Below, one piece after another: positions 9,164 to 17,680 of a DNA stretch of 42,226 nt. A model generated the notes under the pieces. That model saw only the letters and a list, made by a program, of their open reading frames with translations. It was not told the DNA's origin and ran no database searches. The position numbers were made by a program, and so were the translations under genes. Source of the DNA: Candidatus Fermentibacteraceae bacterium (GTDB taxonomy: Bacteria; Fermentibacterota; Fermentibacteria; Fermentibacterales; JCC-6); NCBI GenBank assembly GCA_041686025.1, contig JAWLEP010000012.1:1-42226 (forward strand), read 5' to 3'. The stretch's first letter is position 1; each line of letters begins with the position of its first letter.

Positions 9164-10423
9164 TCAGCCACCACCCTCGCCATCCCCTTCCCTCTCGGGT
9201 CTTCGGGCCTCGTCGCTGAAGCTCCAGAGGACTCCGTAGGTAAAGCTGGTCCCGCCGTCCCGGAGGTCCTCCAGATCCTCCAGGGCCACCACGATGCTGA
9301 AGGTGGACAGGGTGTATGTGGCTATGGCGTCCCCGTGCAGGTCCCAGTCCCCGTCCGTGCTCCCCCGGGCCCGGAAGCGGCCGCCGGCTCGCAGGCGGGC
9401 GTTCACTATCCTCACCCCCGGAAGAAGGCGGGCCTCCGCCTCCAGGGAGTCCCTGCTGTCCGCACCCCCCCGGAGGTCGATCCTGGTCAGCCCCCAGTCC
9501 AGGCCCAGTCCGGCCCCTGCCGTGACGGCCTCATCGTCGGCCTGCAGGCCCAGGGACGCCGGCCCCGCCGTCGCCGAGAGAACGCCGGAGAGACCCTCTC
9601 CCGGAGGCGACACCACTCCCGCCGAAAGGTCCACGGGGCCCAGGGACGCCATCAGGCCCCCGCCGAAGCCGGCCTCCGGGGCGTCGGCCGGGCCCTCCAT
9701 GTCACCCCGGGCCGCAAACGTCACCGCGCCCGCCGGCAGCTGACCCAGCAGGTGGCCCTCCAGGCGGCTGCTGTCGCCCCTTGCCGCGCCCGCCGCCCCG
9801 GCCTCCAGCCTGGCCCGGCCCCAGTCAACGCCGGCCTGGACCAGGCCCCCGGGCCACCGGTCGCCCTCGCTGGGACTGGACAGCGAGGCCCGGCCGAAGA
9901 CCCCGGGAAGCGGGCTGCCTCCGATCCAGGCGGAGTAGGCGTCGTCGTCCTCCCGCCACGCCATCCCGTCGGCGGTAATGCCGCGCCAGGCCAGCCGAAT
10001 CCGCTCCATGCGCAGGGTGTCCTCCCGGCCCGCCGTCACGTCCATGCCCACCCCCCAGGGGAGGGGCCTGCGCAGGCTCCCGGTGTACCGGTGCCTGTCG
10101 AGGGTGTTCTGGAAAAGGCCCACCCGGCTGTAGTAGCTGCTGTCGGGTATCTCGTGGTCGGTTACCTCCAGCGACCAGCGTCCGCCGGACCAGAGTCCTC
10201 CCGCCACGGGAGACCGCAGCTCCACGGAGCCCAGCACGCCCCAGGGGGGCAGTCGGTCCATGCCGGCATCGCTGACCGGCAGGCCGTCGAGCAGCGTCCC
10301 GGGCTCGCTGCCCAGCGGAACAGCCGCCCAGCCGACCACCGACATCGCCTCCAGCAGGTCCGCGGGTCCTGGGTACATGGCCCCGGCGGAGAGAAGCGAG
10401 GCCAGAAGCAGCGCTGTCGTCAC
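9164..10423 (-). CDS. Putative outer-membrane beta-barrel protein with plug-like N-terminus
   Basis: Hydrophobic N-terminus, alternating amphipathic strands, late FTYGVLWSF strand; GTGA coupling to the pgi stop. Confidence 0.6.
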   Translation of the reverse strand: MTTALLLASLLSAGAMYPGPADLLEAMSVVGWAAVPLGSEPGTLLDGLPVSDAGMDRLPPWGVLGSVELRSPVAGGLWSGGRWSLEVTDHEIPDSSYYSRVGLFQNTLDRHRYTGSLRRPLPWGVGMDVTAGREDTLRMERIRLAWRGITADGMAWREDDDAYSAWIGGSPLPGVFGRASLSSPSEGDRWPGGLVQAGVDWGRARLEAGAAGAARGDSSRLEGHLLGQLPAGAVTFAARGDMEGPADAPEAGFGGGLMASLGPVDLSAGVVSPPGEGLSGVLSATAGPASLGLQADDEAVTAGAGLGLDWGLTRIDLRGGADSRDSLEAEARLLPGVRIVNARLRAGGRFRARGSTDGDWDLHGDAIATYTLSTFSIVVALEDLEDLRDGGTSFTYGVLWSFSDEARRPEREGDGEGGG

Positions 10424-11664
10424 TCGTAGCCCGGTCTGCCCAGGGCCCGGTAGGTGAGCACCTTCCCCCGCTCCACCCCCGGCTGGTCCAGGGGGTCGAC
10501 CTCCAGAGCCAGGCCCACCAGGACGGTAGCGATCTCCAGGGCCATGATCACCTCGCCCATCTCCTCGGGCCCCACCCTGTCCAGGCTCAGCCCGGACACC
10601 GGAAGGCCCCTCTCGGAGAGGGCTTCAGCGGTGGCATCGGCCTCCGCCGAACGGAGCTCCTCGGGGGTGACTCCCTCCAGGTACTCGAAGGAGGAGAATC
10701 CTTCGAATCCCCCCGGCAGCGGCTCGCCCTCCTCGGGGGCGGTGAGGAAGGTGAAGGTCTTGTCCTCGGGACCCTCCATGAACAGCTGGACCAGGGAATG
10801 CTGGTCCGATGGCCCCAGGCAGGCCAGAGGGGTCTGGCCCACCTCCGCCGGCGAGCCGTCCAGCCTGCGGCCCTTGCCCAGGCTCTCGGCCCACAGCTGG
10901 GCGAACCAGTCCGCCAGCGACTCCAGCCGGTCGGAGTAGACGAAGAACACGTGTATGGGGTGGGTGGCGAACCTGGCGTGAAAGGCGGATGCTATCCTGC
11001 CGGCCAGGCTGTCGGCCCCCCTGCTGTCGAAATCGTAGACCACCCTTCCCGCGCCCCTCAGGATGGCCTGAATGTCGATTCCCGCGTACGCGGCGGGGAA
11101 CATGCCCACCGGCGAGAGCACGCTGAAGCGTCCCCCCACCCCGGGCGGGACGGGGAGGCTGTCCCATCCCCGCTTCTCCGCCAGGGCCCTGAGGTCGCCC
11201 TTCTCCGGGTCGGTCACGGCCACCACCCTGGAATCGTCGCGGAGCCACTGGTACATGCCCAGGAAGCCGGCAACTGTCTCCGCGGTGCCTCCCGATTTGG
11301 TGACCGCCGTGAGCACGGTGTTGCGCGGGTCGAGCCGGTCCCGCACCATGCGCTGGGTCCTGGCGTCGGGGTTCTGGACCACCTCCACCCTCCGCCCGGA
11401 GGGCTCTCGCAGGGCGGAAAGCAGCGTCACCAGCCCCAGCGAGGAGCCGCCGATGCCGGTGACCACCATGCTTCCGGCCCGGCTCCCCCATCGTTCGGCG
11501 GCATCGAGGCTGGCCTGAAGGAGGCCGGCGTCGCCGGGGAGGTCGAGAAACCCCAGTCTCCCCTCCTCCCGCCATCTGCCGAAGAGGTCCCAGGCCCCGT
11601 CCGGAAGCCGGGGGTAGTCGTAGCGCGCGCTGAAACTCGTGAGCATGGGGTCGGAGCTGTCCAT
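10420..11664 (-). CDS. pgi: Glucose-6-phosphate isomerase
   Basis: GIGGSSLG, TKSGGTAET, VGGRFSVLSPVG, QLWAESLGK, DQHSLVQLF, DQPGVERGK; AGGAGG SD before ATG 11664. Confidence 0.95.
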   Translation of the reverse strand: MDSSDPMLTSFSARYDYPRLPDGAWDLFGRWREEGRLGFLDLPGDAGLLQASLDAAERWGSRAGSMVVTGIGGSSLGLVTLLSALREPSGRRVEVVQNPDARTQRMVRDRLDPRNTVLTAVTKSGGTAETVAGFLGMYQWLRDDSRVVAVTDPEKGDLRALAEKRGWDSLPVPPGVGGRFSVLSPVGMFPAAYAGIDIQAILRGAGRVVYDFDSRGADSLAGRIASAFHARFATHPIHVFFVYSDRLESLADWFAQLWAESLGKGRRLDGSPAEVGQTPLACLGPSDQHSLVQLFMEGPEDKTFTFLTAPEEGEPLPGGFEGFSSFEYLEGVTPEELRSAEADATAEALSERGLPVSGLSLDRVGPEEMGEVIMALEIATVLVGLALEVDPLDQPGVERGKVLTYRALGRPGYE

Positions 11665-11672
11665 CTCGCCTC

Positions 11673-12488
11673 CTACCAGGTTTGCAGTTGGGCACCCTCC
11701 AGCGGGCCGGCCACCACCACGGCGCCGTCCCAGCTGCCCACCCTCCTCACCGATACGGTATCTCCTCCGGCCAGCGTTACGAAAGACCTGAGGCCCTCGT
11801 CGCGGAGAGCGTTGCGCGGCACGCGCCACAGACCCTCCAGGCGAAGGCTGTCCCGGCCCGGGGGCGGAACCGAATATACCGCCGTGCTGTCCGTTGTCTC
11901 AACCGGACCGGCTCCGGCCAGCGGAGGCCAGCTCTCCAGCCGGGCTCCCGGGGGAAGCCGCAGCCGGGTGGCCGCCTCCCCGCTCTCCAACAGGGCCAGC
12001 GTGTCTCCGGGGGCCAGTCGCCGGCCGGTACCGGCCCGCAGCTCCACCAGCACCCCCGACTGCCGGGCCGGCAGCGGAACCGGAACCTCCAGCTCCCCGG
12101 CCAGGGAGAGGAGGCTGTCCAGCCGCGAGCTGTCGGTCTCCGGGGACTGCCTGAGGAAGTCGGCCTGCATCCGCACCCGCTGGGCCTCCAGGACGGAGAG
12201 GGTGTCGATGCCCAGCGCCAGGGTGTCACCGACGGCCACCGAATCGCCCTCGGCCACCCTTACCGTGTCCAGCCTCATCTCCATGTCGCCCTCCAGGAGG
12301 AGGGCCCTCCGGGCCGGAGCCACCGGCGTCACAGGCAGCGGCGGAAGGGGGAGCGCCCCGACGGTTTCAGCCAGTTGCCGGACAGGCTCCGGGTCCCCCT
12401 CCGAAGCGGATCCCTCCCCTCCCCCGCAGGACAGCAGAAGGGGTGGACAGAGCAGCAGTGCCAGCTTACTATTCACTCTCATCCTCAT
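11673..12488 (-). CDS. Lipoprotein resembling an efflux periplasmic adaptor (membrane fusion protein)
   Basis: Lipobox LLSC; split lipoyl-like halves (VRVAEGDSVAVGDTLA...PARQSGVLVEL...GRRLAPGDTLALL) around a short helical hairpin; LWRVPRNAL. Confidence 0.6.
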   Translation of the reverse strand: MRMRVNSKLALLLCPPLLLSCGGGEGSASEGDPEPVRQLAETVGALPLPPLPVTPVAPARRALLLEGDMEMRLDTVRVAEGDSVAVGDTLALGIDTLSVLEAQRVRMQADFLRQSPETDSSRLDSLLSLAGELEVPVPLPARQSGVLVELRAGTGRRLAPGDTLALLESGEAATRLRLPPGARLESWPPLAGAGPVETTDSTAVYSVPPPGRDSLRLEGLWRVPRNALRDEGLRSFVTLAGGDTVSVRRVGSWDGAVVVAGPLEGAQLQTW

Positions 12489-12511
12489 ACCCAATTATAG
12501 ATGGGAGATCG

Positions 12512-13228
12512 ATGCGCAACAGCTTCCTTCCCACCGCGGCACTGCTTTCGGTCTCGGCAGCCCTGCTTCTGTCCGGCTGCGGCGAGACACGGACATCGGG
12601 ATTCTTCGTGGGAGACCCCAGCGGCACCTACCGGCCCGAGACTCCGGATTCGGCCGCCGGGCCCGCCATCGGGGTGGACCAGACCGACACCCTAGTGAAC
12701 TGCACCTTCGACGGAGCCATGGACGCCCCTTTCGGCACCGGCCACGGCTTCGAGGTCTACCACGGAGCGCTCCAGGTGGACAACGGGAACCTCCCCGAGC
12801 CCGTAGTGCTCTTCTCCACGGCGGGCCTTCAGCGCGACGGGCTGGTGGAGGTGCAGTTCGACATGGTGGACGCTCCGTCCCATTCCGTGGTGGGACTGGT
12901 GCTGAGGGCCGAGAGCCGCGAGGACTTCCTCCTGCTGGGAGTGAACTCCCGGGGGCAGTACACCGTGCAGAAGATGAGGAACGGCATGTGGCACAGCGTG
13001 ATGGGGATGGACGTCTTCCAGTCCAGCCGGCTGCTTCCCTACTCGCTTCCCGGCGTTCTGGTGTCCGCACAGGTGCACGGCAACTACGTGGACCTGCGGG
13101 TCAACGGCCAGCTGGTGCAGGTGGTGCGGACGAACCTGCCGGCCCTGGGCCAGGTGGGCGTATTCGTGGATGCCTACGCCGACGTGGCCGTGGACAGGTT
13201 CACCGTGGTGCCGGAGGCGGCGGAGTGA
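12512..13228 (+). CDS. Lipoprotein with concanavalin A-like/DUF1080-type beta-sandwich
   Basis: GGGAG SD; lipobox LSGC; GLVLRA...YTVQK...LRVNGQLV...GQVGVFV...VDRFTV pattern. Confidence 0.7.
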   Translation: MRNSFLPTAALLSVSAALLLSGCGETRTSGFFVGDPSGTYRPETPDSAAGPAIGVDQTDTLVNCTFDGAMDAPFGTGHGFEVYHGALQVDNGNLPEPVVLFSTAGLQRDGLVEVQFDMVDAPSHSVVGLVLRAESREDFLLLGVNSRGQYTVQKMRNGMWHSVMGMDVFQSSRLLPYSLPGVLVSAQVHGNYVDLRVNGQLVQVVRTNLPALGQVGVFVDAYADVAVDRFTVVPEAAE

Positions 13229-14172
13229 TAGCCGTACTGGCCCTTTCCATGGTCCTGGAGGTGGACCCGGGAGCGGCCTCGGTACCGGCCCTGGACAGCT
13301 GCCCGCCCCCGCCCGCCCAGAATGACGCTCCCGCAGGGCTTCCCATCCTCTGCTACCACCACGTATCCCCCGAGCCCGGCATGTACTCCGTCTCCCCCCG
13401 GCGTCTGGAGAGCGATCTCACCCGCCTGGCCGAGGAGGGCTTCTACCTGGTGACTCCGGAGGACCTGGACAACGGCCTCATGCAGGTTCCCGCCGGCCGA
13501 CGCCCGGTGATGGTCACCTTCGACGACGGCTGGAGGGACAACATGTGCTACGCCGCCGGCGATCCTGCCAGCCTCGACCCCTCCTGCGCCCTGGCGGTCA
13601 TGGAGAGGGTCAGCGAGAGCCATCCGGAGCTCGGACGGGGCGCGGTGTTCTTCCTCTCCTGGGACAAGGTCCCTTTCGGGGAGAAGCCACTGGTGGAGAG
13701 CAAGCTGAACCGCCTGCTGGACATGGGCTACTCCATCGGCAACCACACCCTCTACCACGCCAGCTTCGCCGGACTGGCCCGCGACAGGTGGGACCGCACG
13801 GTAAACGGCGCCCTGGACCGCTTCCACCGCAACCTGGGCCTGAGGTCACGGTCCGTCTCCTCCCTCTCCTACCCCGGTGGAAGCCTTCCCAAGGACGTGG
13901 GGGCGGAGGAGTTCATGGAGGCCCTGCGCCATCGCGGCCGCCGGGCCGTGAGCTTCGGCTGCCTGGTGGACGGAGCGGTGACATCTCTGCGCAGGATGGC
14001 CGAGACCAGGCTGGGCCGCTACCGGACCAGCCGCATCGACATGAGCAGTTACTCGGTGGAGAAGCTGCTGCGCTGGCCCTCTCTGCCCCAGCGGGGCCCG
14101 GGAAGGGAGAGCCTCCACGATCCCCTGCCCTACAGGATGCCGCCCCTGGACGACACCGCCCCGGAAGGCTAG
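13225..14172 (+). CDS. Polysaccharide deacetylase (CE4/NodB family)
   Basis: PILCYHHV, VMVTFDDG, IGNHTLYH, LSYPGG; GTGA overlap with the upstream stop. Confidence 0.9.
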   Translation: MIAVLALSMVLEVDPGAASVPALDSCPPPPAQNDAPAGLPILCYHHVSPEPGMYSVSPRRLESDLTRLAEEGFYLVTPEDLDNGLMQVPAGRRPVMVTFDDGWRDNMCYAAGDPASLDPSCALAVMERVSESHPELGRGAVFFLSWDKVPFGEKPLVESKLNRLLDMGYSIGNHTLYHASFAGLARDRWDRTVNGALDRFHRNLGLRSRSVSSLSYPGGSLPKDVGAEEFMEALRHRGRRAVSFGCLVDGAVTSLRRMAETRLGRYRTSRIDMSSYSVEKLLRWPSLPQRGPGRESLHDPLPYRMPPLDDTAPEG

Positions 14173-15017
14173 TCCCCCTCCGCGTCCTGCTCTTCGTTCC
14201 GCATGCTGCCGTGGAACCGCAGGCCGTAAGGCCTGGGCGGAACCTCCCACAGCGGCCCCCGCTCGGGGTAGCCCAGGCAGAGAACGGCCGTCAGACGACG
14301 CCTTGAGGTGTCGGGCAGCCTCCAGCCGGGAAGCAGCCTGTAGAGCCAGACCGCCACACCGTTCCACAGCGCTCCCATTCCCATGGCGGCCGCCCGAAGC
14401 GAAAGCAGGGTGGCGGCTATCACGCCGTCCTCGCGGGGAGTGGAGCTTCCCCGGCGGACGAACACGAAAGCCGCAGCAGGGGCTCCCCTGAAGACCAGGC
14501 TGCCGCCCTTCAGAAAGGCCGAGACCGCCCTCTCCATGCCGGCGGCCCGTGCCGCCAGCCGCAGAAGACCCAATCTGTCCAGGAGCCTGGCCACACGCCT
14601 GGCCCCGGCCTCCATCTCCCTGAGTCTCTTACCGTCCACCAGCCGCACGTCCAGGCCGCAGGAGTTGGTCCCGGTGGGACTGCGCTGCAGGACCTCCCCG
14701 CAAAGCTCCCCGAGCGTCTCCTCGGATGGCGCCCTGTGGGCGAACACCCGCAGCGACCGCCTGCCCCGCAGCAGCCTGTCCACCTCCTCCACCGTCGGGG
14801 GATCGGGGGCCTGCTGCTCCATTCCGAAGGCGTTCTCCGGGCACCAGGCGGCGCAGTGGGCGCAGCCGATGCACCCGGTAGGGGCGAAACGGGGCCGGCC
14901 GCCGGGGCCGGCAAGGGATATCACCAGTGAGGGACATACCCGGACGCAGACTCCGCAGCCGGTGCAGGCCCCGGGGTCCAGGCGCTCCTCAGGGCAGAAT
15001 CTGGATGTCGATGCCAT
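14169..15017 (-). CDS. Nitroreductase family protein with N-terminal 2x[4Fe-4S] ferredoxin domain
   Basis: CTGCGVCVRVCP and CIGCAHCAAWCP; RRSLRVF, SPTGTN, GAPA, LGYP. Confidence 0.9.
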   Translation of the reverse strand: MASTSRFCPEERLDPGACTGCGVCVRVCPSLVISLAGPGGRPRFAPTGCIGCAHCAAWCPENAFGMEQQAPDPPTVEEVDRLLRGRRSLRVFAHRAPSEETLGELCGEVLQRSPTGTNSCGLDVRLVDGKRLREMEAGARRVARLLDRLGLLRLAARAAGMERAVSAFLKGGSLVFRGAPAAAFVFVRRGSSTPREDGVIAATLLSLRAAAMGMGALWNGVAVWLYRLLPGWRLPDTSRRRLTAVLCLGYPERGPLWEVPPRPYGLRFHGSMRNEEQDAEGD

Positions 15018-16581
15018 CGGTCTCCATTCCCGGATATACCATCACCACGCCGGCGTAGGTCCCGTAGGCCTCCCCCGCGCCCCAGCTGCCGTCTCCGTCG
15101 CCGTCGGCGAAGGCCGATACCGTGTACCTGCCGGCGTCCAGGCCGTCGATCAGGTAGTCGCCGGAGACCACCCGGTGGTAGCTCACCTCGCCGGCCTCCC
15201 CGGTGCCGCTCACCTGCAGCATCACGGGCCCGGAATACCCGGTCACCCGTCCGGAGATGGACCCCGGCAGGTCGGCCCAGCGAGGCGTGAAGCTCCAGGA
15301 GTAGCCGTCCACGACCTGCCCCCATACGGAGACCAGGCCCGAGTCAAGGTCCAGGCGGTACTGCTGCTGCCCCAGGAGCGGCTCCAGGGGCTCGATGTTG
15401 ATTATCCTGCCGTTGACCCTGTGCAGGGTCACCGGCGCCGTGGTGTCAGCCGAGACGTGGGTGAGGGTAAGCCGGGCGGCCACGGAGTCGAGGCTGACCC
15501 AGGAGGTGAAGGCGATCTGGTAGGGGCCGTAGGGGTTCACGTCCTGCTCCCCGGGGTAGGGCAGCGTGCCCTCCACCCGCAGGCTGTCCCCGGGAAGGCT
15601 GTCGGTCCCCCAGAAACGCAGGGAGTCCAGGCCGCGCCGGTTCCCCATCAGATCGGCAAAGTCGGCGATCCGCAGGGTCATCTCGCAGTCGCGCATGGCC
15701 CCCGTCACCAGCATCATGCCGCTGCTGCCCCGGCCCCCCGCCGGCCACATCCCCCAGACCCGCACGGAGTCGCCGGCGGAGTCCACCAGGGCCACCGAGG
15801 CATCCCTGAAGCCATCCCAGCCCACCTCCTCGGAGGTAAGGACGAACAGATGGTGGCGGTCCCGGGGCTCGGCCTCTATGAGGCTGGGGGGAAGGGTGTC
15901 CAGGACCGTGAGGACCATGGGAACAGTCAGGGTGTCCCCCGCCGCCAGGGCCGCCGTGGTGTCCGTGCCGGCCTCCCGGTCGGAGTCCCAGCTGCGGCTG
16001 AGGTCGTCGTCCTCGTAGGCCGTGACGGTGTAGGTCCCCGCCTCCAGCCAGCGCAGCAGGGTCACCCCGGAGGTGTCCGGCGTTCCCCTCCGGGCCAGCG
16101 TGCCGTCCTCCAGCATCAGGTCGACTATGGCGGTCTCGGACACCCTGCCGCCGCCCTGCCTGGTCAGCTCCGCCCGCAGCGCCCCCGAGGGTATGGTGTC
16201 CCCCGCTCCGAACACCAGGCTGGTTATCTCGCCGGTCTCGTTGCCGTGCATGTCGGCAAGGGTCCGGGGGAGGTTTACCACCACCAGGCCCGAGTCCAGC
16301 GGCTCGGCCAGCTCTATCTCCAGCCGGGACCCTCCGGCCTTCACGGTGTGCTCCAGGGGCGGGAACAGGCTGGGAACCACGCTGGCGGGCTCCACCCGCT
16401 CGTCGAACTCGATCACCACGCTGCGCAGCCCGGCCAGACCGGGACCGGGGGGGGGCATCACAGTGTCCACCGCCGGCGCCGTGGTGTCCGCCGGCCCTCC
16501 CTTGGGCGCCACCACCCGGGCGCAGGCCAGGGCCACGAGCAGCACGGCCGAAGCCGTAGCCGCCGGTGAGAGCCTCCTCAA
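14989..16581 (-). CDS. Ig-like (Big_5) domain lipoprotein
   Basis: ALAC lipobox followed by ARVVAPKGGPADTTAP, IEFDE, ADMHGN, GTYTVTAYEDDD and GRYTVSAFADGDGDG motifs. Confidence 0.85.
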   Translation of the reverse strand: MRRLSPAATASAVLLVALACARVVAPKGGPADTTAPAVDTVMPPPGPGLAGLRSVVIEFDERVEPASVVPSLFPPLEHTVKAGGSRLEIELAEPLDSGLVVVNLPRTLADMHGNETGEITSLVFGAGDTIPSGALRAELTRQGGGRVSETAIVDLMLEDGTLARRGTPDTSGVTLLRWLEAGTYTVTAYEDDDLSRSWDSDREAGTDTTAALAAGDTLTVPMVLTVLDTLPPSLIEAEPRDRHHLFVLTSEEVGWDGFRDASVALVDSAGDSVRVWGMWPAGGRGSSGMMLVTGAMRDCEMTLRIADFADLMGNRRGLDSLRFWGTDSLPGDSLRVEGTLPYPGEQDVNPYGPYQIAFTSWVSLDSVAARLTLTHVSADTTAPVTLHRVNGRIINIEPLEPLLGQQQYRLDLDSGLVSVWGQVVDGYSWSFTPRWADLPGSISGRVTGYSGPVMLQVSGTGEAGEVSYHRVVSGDYLIDGLDAGRYTVSAFADGDGDGSWGAGEAYGTYAGVVMVYPGMETDGIDIQILP

Positions 16582-16582
16582 C

Positions 16583-17680
16583 CTACCCCTCCCTGCCGAT
16601 GTCTGCTACCTTTCCGCGACGGAGGGCGCTGGAGCGGTGGTAGTAGCTGGAGGCCTCCGCCTCCCTGCCCTGCTTCTCCAGCACTATGGCCAGCTCCACC
16701 AGGAAGTCGGCGCAGTCGGGAACCAGCTCCACGGCGTTCCGCAGGTAGCTCTCCGCCTCCTCCAGGCTTCCCTGGAGGTTGCGGCATCGGCCCAGGTAGA
16801 AGTATGCGGCCGGATGCTCGGGGTAGTGGGACACGAACTCCTCCAGGGCCCGGGAGGCCTTGTCGTAGAGGCCGCTTCGCAGCAGCGACACCGCCCGCAG
16901 AAGGGCCATGTCCTCGTCGTCGGCGTGCATGCCCAGCGCCCTCTCTGCCCATCCCTCTCCCCGTACGGTCCCCAGGGACTCCAGCAGCTTCATGAAGCTC
17001 TCGGAAACGGCCTTGGGGGAGTCGGGCTTGATCTCCTGCTCCGCAGCTTCCTCCTCCTCTTCGGCCTCTTCCTCCATCAGCCGCGAGATGTCCGGGGGCT
17101 CTTCGCCGCCATCGCTTTCAGCCTCCCTGGCCATCTGGCGGCCGGTGAGCTTCTGGCTGAGGAGCTTCTCGAACATGTTCTTCTGCTTGCGCCCGTCCTT
17201 CATGCGCACCAGGGGCCGCAGCTGGAACTCGCTGATGTCGTCGGTGAGCAGGACCTTTCTCCGTATCTCCAGGGGGAGCTTCAGCAGGTTCAGCATCTGA
17301 GTGATCCTGGCCCGGGAGTAGCCCAGCATCTCCGCCAGGCGGCTGCGCTTGTCCACCAGGCCCTTCCGCAGCAGGCCGTCGAAGAAAAGGGCTTCCTCTA
17401 TGCAGTTCACCAGGCTCTCGTGGGCCAGGCCGATGTGGACGTCGCTGCGGACCACCAGGCACCTTATGGTGCTGCGGCCCTCATCCAGGGCCTTCCAGAA
17501 GGTCCTGTGGTGGGCCATCAGCGTGAGCTCCTCGTCCTCCTCCAGGAGCACGGGGGGCTGCATGGGCTCCTCGGTGCACTCCCCGGGGTCCCATTCATCC
17601 GGGGGCTCCGCGGCGGAGATCCTCTCCAGCCGGACCTCCTCCAGTGCCTTGTGCTCTACGGGGTTCTCCCTGTCCATCAT
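16583..17680 (-). CDS. ParB/Spo0J-like HTH protein fused to C-terminal TPR repeats
   Basis: NCIEEALFF..L......LAEMLGYSRARITQMLNLLKLP.EIR....ISE...RPL resembles the ParB HTH region; acidic linker; TPRs (AYFYLGRC...A..YLRNAVELVPD..DFLVELA). ATGA coupling to miaA. Confidence 0.75.
   Translation of the reverse strand: MMDRENPVEHKALEEVRLERISAAEPPDEWDPGECTEEPMQPPVLLEEDEELTLMAHHRTFWKALDEGRSTIRCLVVRSDVHIGLAHESLVNCIEEALFFDGLLRKGLVDKRSRLAEMLGYSRARITQMLNLLKLPLEIRRKVLLTDDISEFQLRPLVRMKDGRKQKNMFEKLLSQKLTGRQMAREAESDGGEEPPDISRLMEEEAEEEEEAAEQEIKPDSPKAVSESFMKLLESLGTVRGEGWAERALGMHADDEDMALLRAVSLLRSGLYDKASRALEEFVSHYPEHPAAYFYLGRCRNLQGSLEEAESYLRNAVELVPDCADFLVELAIVLEKQGREAEASSYYHRSSALRRGKVADIGREG

Noticed and set aside
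10798..14172. 1124-aa plus-strand ORF
   Set aside because: Only the last 315 codons (deacetylase) are protein-like; the rest is antisense or off-frame read-through over pgi and two lipoprotein genes, as expected at high GC.
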